The position numbers and the translations under genes were made by a program. The notes under the pieces are model-generated. The model was not told where the DNA came from. It worked only from the letters and a program-made list of their open reading frames with translations, and made no database searches. Shown in pieces: positions 1 through 13,199 of a stretch of DNA of 64,000 nt (the stretch's first letter is position 1; every line of letters begins with the position of its first letter). Origin of the DNA: Dicyema japonicum (Eukaryota; Animalia; Dicyemida). The DNA lies in NCBI GenBank assembly GCA_011109175.1, contig RDEW01000068.1:39621-103620 (forward strand), given 5' to 3'.

Positions 1-448
1 ACTTATATTATGTTGGAACATATCATCAGTCATAGGATTAGTCATTTTATGGGTATCAGACATATTAATCGAAGATGCAAGCTAATTACGAGATATTATT
101 CCCAAATAGCAAGATAATCCTATTAATATATTATTCAGCCTTTGGATTCCACATTTCACTAGGGGTCATCACGCTAATATTATCAATGTAGTCTTAATGG
201 TCCTACTTAGACTCAACAACACCCCCAATTGGCTCGGAAACTCTACCCGTGTACTCATATTCGGAACCACGTCGTTTATTGACTTTATTAATAAATTATA
301 ATTTTTGCGCACACCCATGCTTATACCAAAGTTTTGACCACTAACGCTACGTGACTTTAGTAAATTTGTATTATTTTAAAAATTAAAATAAATTATTCAA
401 ACATTTTTAATTGTGAAATTTTGTAATTGTTGTGGGATTTTCTGGAGA

Positions 449-1499
449 ATGTCCGTAACCGCCGTAGAATCCCTCAACCACGATGGAATAGTTTGGTGTG
501 TCTCGTGGAGTAGGGATGGACTCCATTTGGCCTCTTGTGGAGGGAATAAGGAAACTAAAATATGGGGATTTGGTTTTTATTCTAATTAACATTCAAGCTG
601 ATAGTGGATGGCAAGTCCAGGATATTATATGTGGTCATTTTCGAAGCATCAGACGAGTCACGTGGCATCCTGTGATCACTTCGCTAGTTTCAACATGTGG
701 GTTCGACGGAAGTACAATTATTTGGGAGAAGATGTTAACTGGCTTTTGTGAGAAAAATAGCCTGGAAGGGCACGAAAGTGAAGTAAAGGACTCCACGTGG
801 GATTCCTCTGGTAGAAATATTGCCATTTGTGGGAGAGACAAGACCATTTGGATATGGACGAGTTAGTCCTCCATCCCTTTATACATAGTGGACGAAGATA
901 TAGAATTTGACTGTATTGGGGTCATTTCTGTCATTCCGCGGACGTAAAGGCAGTGAAGTGGCATCCCAAGCTAAATGTCCCCAAATTATTTAGTTCTAGA
1001 TCTTAGCCTCCTGTAGCTATGACAACGATATTAGACTTCACCGGAGAGTGGGAGATGACTGGGAGTCGTATCAGACGCTAAGTAATCTTTTTAGTTATTT
1101 TAGGTGAGCATGTGTCAACTGTTTGGAGTCTTTCCTTCAATAAGCAAGGATCAATGTTTGTTTCCTGCAGTTCCGACGGAACTGTGAGACTGTGGGAAGA
1201 ATCTGGGGAGAATCAAGGATCACCACTTTACTCCTACGTTTCGGTTATTATGGGAGATGCTGATTTGCCTATTTACTCGATTGATTGGTCCCACACACTT
1301 GATTTGATTGTTTGGGGTGGGTCGATAAGACCATTCATGTATATAAGGTTTGTGGGGACAGTTGGAGAAGGTTTTTTTCGTGGAGGGAGCACATGATTGT
1401 GAGATTAACAGTGTGGAGTGGAATCCTCGTGGTGAATTAGTGGCCTCTGCTGGGGATGATGGCCTTATTAAAATATGGGAGTTGAAGTGTATTTCATAG
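449..1499 (+). CDS. CIAO1: WD40 cytosolic Fe-S assembly protein CIAO1/Cia1, 4 micro-introns
   Basis: Manual splicing gives MSVTAVESLNHDGIVWCVSWS..GHFRSIRRVTWHP..LEGHESEVK..CGRDKTIWIW..DVKAVKWHP..LASCSYDN..ASAGDDGLIKIW. GT-AG introns at 573-597, 862-888, 977-999 and 1082-1103. Three single-base frameshifts at G residues/runs (about 930, 1320, 1365). Confidence 0.92.
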
Positions 1500-2018
1500 A
1501 TTTTTATTTACTCTGAATTTTTGTTTTCTTAGGAATTGCTATAACTTTTATATTTTTAGTCGAAGTTCACTATTGGGTTATGATGTGGTCACGTGCTCGT
1601 TGAGAAACTGGGTACGTTTAAGGTGCACTATTGAGCGGTTGGCTCTCATGTGCTGTTGCTGGAGAAAACTGAGGCTCACTTGTTGGCAGTGAACAGACCT
1701 TACCCCTCTCATTTACTAAGCAACTGCTTTTGCTTATGGGACCGTAGGAACTGAATACATCAATTAATCGTGTCGGGGGACATTAAATTGAGACGAGCCT
1801 GGTGGGGTTAATCCATTTTGCTTTTATGAATAAAATGCTACTTTCCGAGGCCACCCAACATTAGTTTTTCCCCTAATCCATCGTCGTCGTAAAGACAAGT
1901 CCTTAGTCACTCTTATCACAGCTATACCGCTACCAACCTGCTAGAATTATAAGCTAACCACGTGACTTAACAAATAATCCCTTAGTACTGCAAATATACA
2001 AAACTCAATAATAATCAT

Positions 2019-3845
2019 TCAGTCATTTAAAAAGAACTCCAATTCTTTAATCTCCGCCAGTAATTCTAATAATGACACTACCATAACAACCATCTCTATT
2101 ATCCCCTCTGTCCAAGTTGGGGACGATATCTGTGTGTTGATTTGTCACGTGTGGTAGTAACATCTCTATTTGAGCTTGATACGAGCGCTCCAAGTCCTCC
2201 TGTTCTTTCAACCTCCTTTCTAAAACTAGTAAAGTTAAAAAAACTTAGAATTTCAAGCTGGTCGTGAGAAGTCTTCAATTTTACTTTGAAGTCTTCCATG
2301 TCCTGAGATGCCTTCTCCTGATCCCAGCTGACTTTCTTCGAATATCAAATAGAAAATACATTTTCTAATTCAGTCTCCAATTGGTGAATAGCAGAGTCTT
2401 TCGTTTGGATTTGGTCTTCGTCTAAACTGAGCTCACAAGGGTACAGAAATCCTTTAGTTTTCTGACTTTGTTCTCAAAGAACACCGTGTCAGACTTTAAG
2501 CGGGAATATATTTTTGAATTTTCACCCACCAGCATCTCCATTTCGGATTTCAATTTGTTACTTCATAGTCAGGTATATTATACTCGTTATTTAGCAGATC
2601 AGCTTGTATCCCCACAGATTGGCTCTTCAAATCTCTTTTGATCTTCGATTCGATTAAATTGGCTTAAAATAAATATATTTATTAATTTAAAAAATTAAAT
2701 TAATATTTTTTGATGGTAAACAATAAATGAATAAAATTTTTTACAATGTGCAATATTGATCATGTTGCTTTGATGTGTAATCTTTTTAACCATATGCGAC
2801 AAATTTTGCTTGAAATCATCTAAAACCGCCATTTTATTCTCGAGGTTGCTATAGAATCTAAAATTAAACCAAAACCGACATTTTAATTTTCATAAACGTC
2901 TGTTTATTTGTCTTTGCGATTTTACTAGCCTGCAGATTTAGCGAGTTCTTCTGACCTTCCAGGAGACTGGCCTTGTCCAGGATAATCTGATTACAAACAC
3001 AAATACTCTATTATTGTCCTTTTCCACTTTAATTTGAATTTTTTGACTTGTCGATAAATTTTCCAGGGCAGATAACTTCGAATTCAAATCCCTTAGAGTC
3101 TCGTTCTTCCGTTCGATCTTGGCTAACAAGCAATATTAGTTACTTCCAATTTAAGTTTGTTAACCTCTCCCTTATGGTTTATTTCGCTGTTTTTCTGTTT
3201 TACCAATAACTCCCACACTTTGCACCTCCACCTGAGGATTAATAATCGAAAACTTTTGCAATCTTTCGTCCTTCCCGAACTTACCGATCCCCAAGTCAAT
3301 TCTCCCCAATTCTGTCTGCGCCTCCAATTCCATCAGCAACGCCTTTTTCTCTTCTTCCATCAACGACACTTGTCGAGATAGTCTCTGATTTGGTTACTGC
3401 TTAATCTACTTTCTCGCTTTCCTTCAATTCGGAGACCAGTTGGGATTTCGGACGGATTTCTTTATTCCTTCTGATTTGCTGGGATAGTACATTGCTTATT
3501 TTGTTTATTTGGAAGTTTTGAAATCTTAATCAAAAATTGAAAGTACGATATTTGCTTGAGGCTTTCACTGTGAACTTGTGACACATTGTCTGTAATGTCC
3601 GTCAGTTGGGACCTGGTTTTTGTCGCTAATTTTCTTAAAATATCCAATGGCTTATTTTCTTTACTTCTTGCTGATAAAACCGCCTTTTCCTTTGCCATTG
3701 CCAACAGCTGCACTCGAAGGGAATTGTTCTCCGCTCTAAGTCTTTTTAATTCCTCTTCCTGTGTGGTTAAAACCGTATAAGTCGACGTTTGAGTTTTGTT
3801 TGTCTTTTCGGTTCCATAAAAGGTCGCTGGCTTTAAAAACGACAT
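2019..3845 (-). CDS. Unknown coiled-coil protein with several micro-introns; candidate ciliary gene
   Basis: Successive E/K/L-rich heptad ORF pieces (QEEELKRLRAENNSLRVQLL; KIERKNETLRDLNSKL; RRLKEQEDLERSYQAQIEML) joined by short GT-AG introns. X-box 10 nt upstream of the ATG. The 3' end is approximate. Confidence 0.7.
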
Positions 3846-3855
3846 GTATTTTCTG

Positions 3856-3869
3856 GTTGCTATGGAAAC
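3856..3869. promoter_or_regulatory. RFX X-box GTTGCTATGGAAAC
   Basis: Matches the 14-bp GTHNYYATRRNAAC X-box consensus; 10 nt upstream of the ATG at 3845. Confidence 0.75.
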
Positions 3870-4309
3870 AATTTGTTAATATAAATTTAAATTTTAACTA
3901 TATTTTCAGATATTAGTTAGGCCGTCTTAGTAGCCAAGCAGTTTTCACGCACAAAGGTCATCGATATCCGCTCTCATAGCCACGTCATCTCACGTCGGTA
4001 TCTGGGTTTTTTTCAGTCACGAGGACAACAAAGGTTTTATTAAACGCTCATCAAAAAACTAAGGCATTTATTTTTCGCATTAGTCCACATATTTTGGAAT
4101 TATAAATAAAAATAGAAAATTTTTATAAATATAATTTTATATTTATTTATGAATTAGCAGACCAACCACCTATTAGCGAGAAAGTATTATAAGCACTATG
4201 TCACAGGACGTGACAAAGCATGTGCAACACGTGAAATAAAATGACTAGTTAACTTTATCCAACTCTGGAGATTTTTTGCCTCGTCTCGCAGCCCGTCGAG
4301 GTCTTAAAT

Positions 4310-5560
4310 TTAAAAATCATGAGGACCACGTGAATTTTTCCGGGAATCCGTTGAGAAACGCTGCTTTAGACTATTGTGACAAAAATTCTTCATTTTCATC
4401 CCTTCAAGTTGTGAAATAGATACGCTTCGCTTGGAATATAAATTGAGGACTGCATTTACCAATGGCTTCGATGATTTGAAAGAGAATAAGAAAGCTCTAA
4501 AGCCGTTTCTGAAGACATGGAAAGACCCAACCCACCAAAGCCGATGGGAAATGTTGCCTGAAGCCAACATAACTAACTGAACGCGCGACCTCATTTTTGT
4601 TCAGTGTTATTCCCTCGTGCCCGCGCATGAACGTATAGGACGGCTGAATGATTTTTCGGGGCCGCAATCCCGTAATCTGGAGTCTAATTTCTTAAGGACC
4701 TCCAGAGGCGTCGGTTCGGTGATCTCCACAAAACCAGCTCTGTTACTCTGAGCACTTTTTTGCATATCCTTGATCTTCCATAACATTTGTCCATATCAAG
4801 TATCATACCCAAGATCTTTTGACATGTGTTGAAAGGGATACCGACCTTGTTTAAATTCAAGGTGACAGTCTTCCTTCCCAATCTTTTGTCAGAGGTAAAG
4901 AAGAGACGTAGACGACTTCTGCATTTACCATGAGCCGGTTTTCCATTTTCCAGGCATTAAGCCGGTGCAGGTTAATTTGTTTTCTCCCTGTGGCCTCTGG
5001 ATGTCCCGATCTCGCGAAGCCAAAACTTTCGTCTTCAAAAGAGTAGAACATTAGAGTCGGGAGATCGGCCAGAAAGAGATTAAAAAGAGCAGGGAATAAA
5101 GGAGAGGGACTCCGTTGGAGAAGAGATGTGAGATTGATTTCAGTCCGAGGCATACACGTCCTCTTAGTCCACTTAGGAAGTTGGTGATCCAATGCTTGAG
5201 CTACCCTGGGATCTCTGATTGAAACAATTTTCTCGATAGTATTTTCCTCGAGACTGAGTCTAAGTAGAGGACTGTTTTTAAGTGTCTCGGCTTGTTTTAA
5301 AATCCGACTCAGGTGAAGTTGGTTAATGTACGTATGTAGACGTGGATCTCTCATTTTTGAAACCGTGTTGAAAAGGCCTCTTTGATAAAAATTTTTTTTC
5401 TCCTATGCACAAGCTTCTTTAGGATTTTAGAAATGGAACATAGTAGTGACACCGATCTAAAATACGCTAGATCGTCTCTCGGTCATCCAGGTTTCAATAT
5501 TGGCTGTATTAGTGCCTGTTTCCATAACAACGGTATCACATTTTGGTTAATCGAATAATT
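4310..5560 (-). mobile_element. Degenerate non-LTR retrotransposon RT remnant
   Basis: LQRSPSPLFPALFNLFLADL (Q-G-S-P-L-S-P-x-L-F-like) and downstream RT-like pieces, heavily broken. Confidence 0.5.
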
Positions 5561-5744
5561 GAAAATCGACATTAGGAAAGTAGCTCCCCGTCTCCAAGAT
5601 TTTTCAATAGAATAACCTGAATGTTGTCTGATCCGTGAGAGTATGTTGTTTTGTGAAATGTAGTGTATCCCTCACATCTCTCTCAAGAAAAAAAGCGGTT
5701 CTGACACTTTCTTCAGTTTTGCTGCGTGATAATATGTGATAATA

Positions 5745-7520
5745 TGTCGCGCGCACTGTGAGCAACCATGCACAACGCGCAACAAATCATGTGTCAATCA
5801 ATGTCATGTATCAAAATCTCGTCGTTCAATAGTAGATTCGATACTAAAATAGCACTTTCATGAAAATATTGTTAAATCTAAGGATACCTGGACACAGAGG
5901 TTATATAAAATGTTATGAGGAATATGAAATAATCGAACACATTACTAAAGACTAAGCATTTACAAGTACTAACAGGTATAATAAATTTCGTCTTTTAAAA
6001 AAATCCAGAAACTTTATAATAACAACAAAATGTATCTTAAAGATCCGAATGGAAATCACAAGCTTGTCATTTGTATGGACAATGACAATGAGATGGAATT
6101 TTTAACCTCAGCACTCCACAACCAGGCTCATCTTGAAATGAATAAAATGGAGGATCTCTGCAATAAGTATTGCTTCCACGTCAAAAGAAGCGTGATACGG
6201 GCCGTAATTAATTCCTGTGAATCTGTAAGTTTTCTACTCCTTTAAAAGTTTGTTTTTTGGTAATATTTTAAAATTTTTTTAAAGACAATTATTCAAAAAA
6301 AAACAAATGTTGTTGAGGAAGCCGGCTGCGTGGATCGCGAACGAGTTTTCTTGGAGTATGGCTACTCCAATTTTTTGTCTCAGCCAGAACCCTTCTCGTT
6401 GATTCCTTTTCTTTCTGGCAACCATTCCTCCGAGTTCGCGCAAGAACTCAGCCGTCATTGGACCAACGGCTCCTGATGACTCTACCTCAACAGGAGCAAT
6501 CGGTACCGGTCTCCGAGGCAAGAATATTTCTTGATTTGTATAAACCGATTTGAAAAGATTCGTGCTTGAATATGTGTCAACACAAGTTGCGTCCCAGACA
6601 AAGATCTTCCGGATGTGTAAGGGAAAAGGGTCATCCAGTCAGATCTCTTTTATCTCCTCGATCGAGACACACTGGTTCAAGGTGTGATGAGAAAAGAAAA
6701 TCTGGTTTTGAAGAAAGATGCTTAAAATCATATATTTAATTTAAGTTTCAATGGAATTAAAAATCATATTCTATGAATATGTCGCCCTTGTATGATTTTA
6801 TAATCTGATAATGGTGCAGAATTTAAAAATTTGATATTAGGGCACTTACTAATGAATGTAGTATTAAACAAATTCACGGAATACCAAACAATCCTCTTTT
6901 TTAAGGTATTCAGTTGTTTGTATATATTTTTAAGGTATCATTGAACGATTCAATCAAACCATCACACAGATTCTGTCAAAAATGATGCTGAAAAATCTTG
7001 GATTCAAATGTTACCTAGTGCCACTTATATGTATACATAACTGTACATTCGTTGAGCGTAAGAACTACCTTTTGAGATGTAATAGAGGCATTCCTGGTTT
7101 TAACATTGTTACACTAAATGATGGTTGGTATTATTTTTTAAATAATTTTGACATAGATTTGGAGAATGATTTTTGCGAAGAGACTGTAAACACTGTCGTT
7201 TTGTATGATGAGTTTGTTAGACGTGTTACAAAATGATTTTAAGAAATGGGTTACAAAAAATGATTTTAAAATTAAAAAACTTTCAACTTAAGTTCATTAA
7301 ACCAAATTTGAATTCACCTTATTTTAAGAGGATGAACAAAAAGATAAATGTTCATCATGGTAAATACACGTTTTCTATACGAGATCAAGTTTTTATAATA
7401 TAATAAATGTAGGTTCGAGTTTTAAAAGATCATGGAACTACTCCTTCTTTAAGGCTGAATAAATTTGAGAGTCCATACAGTGAGAATGTAGAAGTTTTAA
7501 GTTTATTATCAAACAATTTC
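5745..7520 (+). mobile_element. Degenerate Ginger/TDD-like integrase transposon, interrupted by a CRE-like insert
   Basis: TGTCGC terminus at 5745; MYLKDP..H..H..CES zinc-finger region; SDNGAEF; GIIERFNQTI. Micro-introns at 6906-6934 and 7389-7412. Confidence 0.7.
6279..6690 (-). mobile_element. CRE-like non-LTR retrotransposon 3' fragment (restriction-like endonuclease domain)
   Basis: WDATCVDT, VEVESSGAVGP..EFLRELG, WLRQKIGVAILQENS. Confidence 0.7.
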
Positions 7521-7525
7521 TAGAG

Positions 7526-8554
7526 CAGTGGTTTTCAACCTTTTTTGGTCGCGGACCTCTTGTGAGTGAAATTCTTGGACCCCCAACATTCTTTTGCAAG
7601 TTTTTTGTCAAAAAATTATTACTTTTCTAAAAACACAATTTGTTATTAAAAAAGGAAATAAAATTAATGAGAATAGTGAACGTCAATGCTTGTAAACATA
7701 AAAATATTTAATTTAGCATATTTAAAATTATTTAAAATGAATAAATTACACGCCTTACAATAGTTAGCATGGCACAAATCGAAACGCCTATCATTTTTTT
7801 AAAAGAAGGAAATCATGGAAATTTTTTAATAAACATTACACAACGTGATGTATCTCTTTATTTCAAATGTTTCTTTTGTTTGCATAAACAAACTTTTGAA
7901 AAATTCTGAAGGAATACTTAGTATTCAAGATGATCAAGAAAAGAAGAAAATGTACTTGTCAAGTCTCAACCATTCGACGGAGATCTATTTGAATGGGTCG
8001 TTAAAGATCTATTTGAATGGGTCGATTCACCATCAACGAATATTTTTTAAAGTCCATGTCTCTAAAAATAGCGAAAGTTTGCAATATTCAAGCATCAAAT
8101 GGATGGCTTTTTGAGAAAACTAAAACAGCATGACGAATTTGAAGAGGAAGAGAAAGATAAAAAATTCATGTTCTTACACTATATGAAGTTAATGAATATA
8201 CCAATGCGCTCGAATTATGGTTTCTCGAGAATGATTGTGAAAGAAGAGAAAAAAGTTTACGAAATACAAAAAAAATTTAGAAATTATCTTTCATTCACAA
8301 AAAAATAAAAGAAAAAGCATCTAATTTATCTTTGTAATTAATTTATTATTGTTGATTGTTATTTTGATTCCTTGTTCTATTTTTTTGTTCACTATTGAAG
8401 ATTAGTGAACATCGTGTTTTTACGTGGACATTTTGTTCACAGAGAGGGTTGACTGTAATTAAAATACAAAAAATAAATAGCAATTTTTATATCGAGCTTT
8501 AAAAATCAATAGATTGCGATCGACAAAAACCCGCCGACCGGTTGGCCACCCCTG
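7526..8554. mobile_element. Patchwork of DNA-transposon ends: two hAT (Buster/Charlie-like) termini and a pogo-like terminus
   Basis: CAGTGGTTTTCAACC at 7526 and the reverse complement of CAGGGGTGGCCAACC ending at 8554. Each is flanked by an nnnTAnnn 8-mer, but the two 8-mers differ, so they are probably different insertions. GAGGGTTGACTG-TA near 8445-8457. Confidence 0.5.
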
Positions 8555-8559
8555 TCTTA

Positions 8560-9080
8560 GGTCGTCCAGGTAGTCCGCTGAATTTATTCTCATACCAACC
8601 GCCTATACGCCTTCATTCAAAATAGTTCGAAGTGTTGTTATTGATCTTTCACGGAACCTGTATGTGCGTGGTAGTTATCCATTGCGATATTTGCGGGGAC
8701 CTGGTCATTTAGACATAACACGTGGCCAAAGAGGCTCCATCTTGATTTGAAAGTATCATCTGACAGCACGTCGATTTTCATTTTCATAAAGATTTGCATT
8801 AGAGATCTTCATAGGCCAGTTGATCTTGATTACCGATTTGAGCTGAGCTCTGTGGAAAGAGTCAGGACGGTCCATTTCCTGTTTAGGGATTCTTTAACTC
8901 CCATAGTTGTAGGTTAGTACCGGGATAACAAAATCTTTGTATATTCTAAGTCTGGTGTTTAATCCTATCCTCTTCTTGTGGCCCCATATTGACGAAATGT
9001 TTTTTCAGTGCACTCATAGCAAGGATCTTCACGAATAACATCTTCAGAGTCTCCTAGAAGCGAGCCCACCTTCTTGGTTT
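8560..9080 (-). mobile_element. RTE-like LINE 3' remnant
   Basis: KKVGSLLGDSED, IPVLTYN, SFHRAQL and GRPR-like motifs, homologous to the 54031-55747 element. Confidence 0.65.
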
Positions 9081-9207
9081 ACTAGTTATGGAAGTTTTGG
9101 AGGCACTCAGGGTACACGTAATGCACTACCCCTATCCTAAGAAGGACTCTTCTGACGACTGCCTCTTCTTCTTAAACTTCCTCAGCTGAATGGGTTTCTA
9201 ATAATTA

Positions 9208-10740
9208 TTGTCGGTGACAGTGAACTTAATCCGGTCCCCCACTCTTTTGCATATAAAGATCAACGGAATCAAAAGCAAAATACTTGAACTACGGTCTTTC
9301 GTAAAAGAAAAGAACATTGACCTGATTTACTTCAAGAAATCAGACTTACTCCATCGTCACCTACCCGCATTTTTCATGATACCATTGGACTTTCAACATT
9401 ACAAACATCTACGTCCCCCTCCATCTTCTCGCCCAAAAGGATTCTCACTAAACCTATCCAAGCTAAGCAACCTCGGAGACTTGATGCTGTGTGGAGATTT
9501 CAATGCTAAACATCATGCCTGGTTAAGTCACAGCCAGCAGATTCAAGAGGATTGTCCTTCATAAACCAGCTCAAATCTCTGACGATCCTCAAAACTCCAG
9601 GAAGCACACTAGAACTACTTACAAGGAAAACGAATTATCAACGTCCCCGGAAATTACCTTCTGCTCTCAAACCTGGCACTGGACACATCTTAGACGGTGC
9701 ATTGTGGATTATCTTCCGACCACAGTCCCATCATTATTCGCATAAAAAAAGTTCTTTACCGCAAGAAAAAAGACTGTTTCATTTTTCAACTAAAAAAACC
9801 AAATTGAAATGACTTTTCAAAATACATCCATCAAGCTCTACTAGACTTTGACGTGGTGATATTCCTCATTAGATTATCTATAGACTTTTTGAACAACATT
9901 CTCAACATTCTCATTCATTCCTCGTGGAATGATTGTTCATTTAAATTCCACAATGAAAAACTCTATCAGAACACTAAATCGTTAAAGAAAGTACCACCTA
10001 AAAATACACGTACCTTCCTTTCCTGGACAGAAAAATCAAACAAAATCTCTCAATGACGAAATATCAAAAAAAATAAAAGAGCCGAAGCAAATAAATGGGG
10101 CAAACCAGTATCGCCCTTCCCATTTCAGAAATCAACTCAGACGGTCTGGAGAATAATCAAACAATTTGGAAATTCCAAAAAAATTTCAACACAAGACAAC
10201 AGACGGATCAGCACAGTCTTAACAAACTTATGAAATATTACGCCAGCATAATCCACAAAACTTTCAGGAAAATGGATGGGCCTTCTTTATCTTCAATGAG
10301 ACCTAATAGATCCCAGTCGATTAACATTATCTCACACTCAGATATCAGTGAGGGTTTGAAGAGGATGACTTCTTCCCTCTCATGTGGTCCTGATTCTATC
10401 CCTGGTAACTTACAAAAATACCGTGGACCTATTGCGATTGATGCAATCAGTGATCATCAACTATTCACTAAACATGAATACAATTCAAAATATCTGGAAA
10501 TTGTCCTATATACGCCCAATCCTTAAGTTTGGAAAGCCTAAAGGACAATCATTTCGACCTGTCTTTTTTCTATGCAACTTATCAAAATTATTGGAAAAGC
10601 TATTTCTTAATCTTTTCATCCTCACAACATGGATTCAGAAGGGGTTATTTAACCTCTACCACCTCACTACCCTCCATTAATCCTTGAACGCTTAAACACA
10701 AATCCTCGCCACCACAAACGGTATGTACTCATCTTCCCAA
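9208..10740 (+). mobile_element. Jockey/I-like LINE remnant (APE endonuclease plus N-terminal RT)
   Basis: INGIKSK, LCGDFNAKHHAW, SCGPDSIP, WKLSYIRPILK..FRPV..LSKLLEK. Confidence 0.75.
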
Positions 10741-10892
10741 AATGCTTGGATGACAAAAGATATTTTTAATATATGATTACGTCGAATTAATGAAAAATGA
10801 AAACTCAAAAAATCGAAATTTTTATTCTCCTCTCACCTAATTCTTATGACATAATGAAATAAAATCTCAAAATTATTGAGTTAATATGCTTT

Positions 10893-11140
10893 ATCGGCGG
10901 ATACACCGAGAAATTAACAACTAATTATGTGCATCCACTATCCACTGTCACAGAAAGAGTCCTTCCAACATCAAAGTCATCCAGACCCAGCATAAAAGGC
11001 AAAAAACGTCCATTCTTTACAGTTGTGGGAAATCAAATGATCTTTTTTTCATGCCAACCTGGCACTAAACGCCACCTGAGCCACTCTAGTAGAAAGGGGG
11101 AGAAGAGGGACAGACGAAATAAACAAAGTCTTAATCAAGT
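10893..11140 (-). repeat. Diverged copy of the SINE-like / LINE-3'-UTR family
   Basis: Shares GTGCCAGG..GGCA, GCCTTTTATGC and the terminal GTGTATCC stem with the copies at 16885 and 20835. Confidence 0.6.
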
Positions 11141-12649
11141 ATCCGAAAAACCAAGAAATACTCAGCTTTTGGAGACACCGCTCTCTAAATTCTGTAGTGG
11201 TTGGGACTTTGGATAAGGGAGCTTATATCGAGGTCAGCAGTATGTGAAAATACGTGGGCCGACACGCTCTTTGCTCAGAACTTTGAGTTTCAGTTTTCTC
11301 TAGAGTCCGTCGTCTCCTCCGTGTTCAGGAAAAGAAGGAAGACAAGGGTTCCATCCATCATGAAACAAAGTAGACATTCCACTACCTCACCACCTCGGCC
11401 AAATGACCTCTAACTGACCAATAAAGAAAATGTAATAATCATATTGAAACCAAAACTTAAGCAAGTAACTTTCTTGTTTTTTTCTATGGGGACTTGAAGA
11501 ATACACAATAAGCGGTGTTTTCGTTTCGATCTTTTATTTTCACCCTAACACTGACTACGGTAGTCTAAAATAGTCAAATGTGTACTGCCTTTGGTGACGG
11601 CTTGGTATATTTTTCATTAAATTTGAAAAAAAAGGCCTTTCCTGAGACTAGCGTACACGTTCGACACTGAACCTTTCTTTTTTCGCGGATAATTCTCGTA
11701 CGATTCATTAAAAAATACGTCCAGTATTCCCTTCAACGAAGTGGTATTCCGATCTAACAAGTATCACTAAAATACCAGGATAGAACGCAAATCTCCCAAA
11801 TATATGAACTATTGAATTATTGGGAATAATTCCAAGTTCTCTTGTAATTGTTTTATTACTACCCCCTATATATGATTTATATTTACCAACCACAATTCTC
11901 AGTGTTCGGTTTTTTGGAATGGACGGTAACAAATAAAATACACATTATTCCGGCATACATTTTAACTGACATTTTATTGTTTTTTTGAATTATCTTTGGT
12001 TCGCCAACAAAAAATTATGAAATTGTGATAATAATTATTATTAATATATTAACAATATATGTCGGCTCCATTTGACGGACCGTAATTCACATTTATTTAG
12101 AACCTCGAGATCACTGAGAAAGAAAGACAGAAAAAACGTCAGACAGTTAGGTAATCCCAGTTTCTGCGATCAAACAAGCCATTCAACGTCTGTGGTCTCC
12201 CATTGCTCCCATTACCGTACGAAAAAGCGTTCTCTCGTCCCTCCAGAGGAATCCGATTGGGGAGGGGAACTTCCTAACCAATCGACTTTCTTTTTACCTT
12301 GGATAAGGACAGGCTAGGCGTGTTTCCGTCCTCCTTACAGACCCGAAGGAATCAGGCTCCGCGACTACGGGTCGCAGCTTCCCTGAGTGGGGGATTAACC
12401 GTTAGGGCCCATCATAAATATATTTTTCCGTATATTGAATTGATTTTGTGGAGCTTTGTCTCTGATAACGCGAATCTCCATGCAACAGAGGCATACTCCA
12501 CAACCGAATGATGTCGACGTAAACCTCCAATTACGCCAATAATGACGACGAAAGATCTCGTGACAGATATTTAGTCGATCTTATTGACTTGCGTAGGTAT
12601 TTTCACATAAACAGCGAATACTCATGGGTATTAATTAAGTAATTAAATA

Positions 12650-13060
12650 TGTTATCCAAATTAAGTCGTGTCCGACCCTTGGAGATTTTATGAACCAATT
12701 TTCTCCACTCTCCCCGATCCGTCGCAATTTGGAGTAGCCTTGATATAAGCATTCCCGTGACGTCTTCTACCTAGGATAGCCACCGAGTCCTCGGTCGACC
12801 AGGTCTTCTCTTCCCAGTATTATTGCTAGCATAATGGTTCTTTCCAAGGAGTCAGAGCGGACAACATGCCCAAAGAACGCCAATCTGTGTTTTACGATTC
12901 TTCCTTCTAGCGAAATGTTCCTAACGTTCAAAAGCATCAATTTTTCGTCTATCCGTCTTTTTTAGTATCCATGATTCTGCGCCGTATAGAAAAACCAGGA
13001 ACACGATTGCAACAACCAGTCTGTATTTGGTCCTTAAGCAAATATCCTATGAAATTTCTT
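12650..13060 (-). mobile_element. RTE/BovB-like LINE 3' fragment
   Basis: Closely similar to 28164-28740; YGAESW and GRPRTRWL motifs; same 3' end. Confidence 0.8.
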
Positions 13061-13199
13061 CATTGTTCGAAAGAATTTTCCAAATAATATTCCTCCATCA
13101 TACGATTTGCTAGCAAGTCCAAATCAATCCTCAAAATGTGACAAAACAGTCTCCATCTCGATCGTCGGATTTCCATCGATGTTGGTTCTGTGTTACATA

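Noticed and set aside
1620-1880. RNase P/MRP RNA (GAAAACTGA could pair with TTAGTTTTT after ACCCAA)
   Set aside because: Conserved P4 residues and a P1 helix are missing; an Infernal scan would settle it.
4199-4215. TGTCAC-AGGAC-GTGACA as a minimal Ginger-type element
   Set aside because: 6-bp arms without a TSD are expected by chance.
11640-11940. Merlin/IS1595-like transposase remnant
   Set aside because: Only vague motif resemblance (IGGSNK); too decayed to call.
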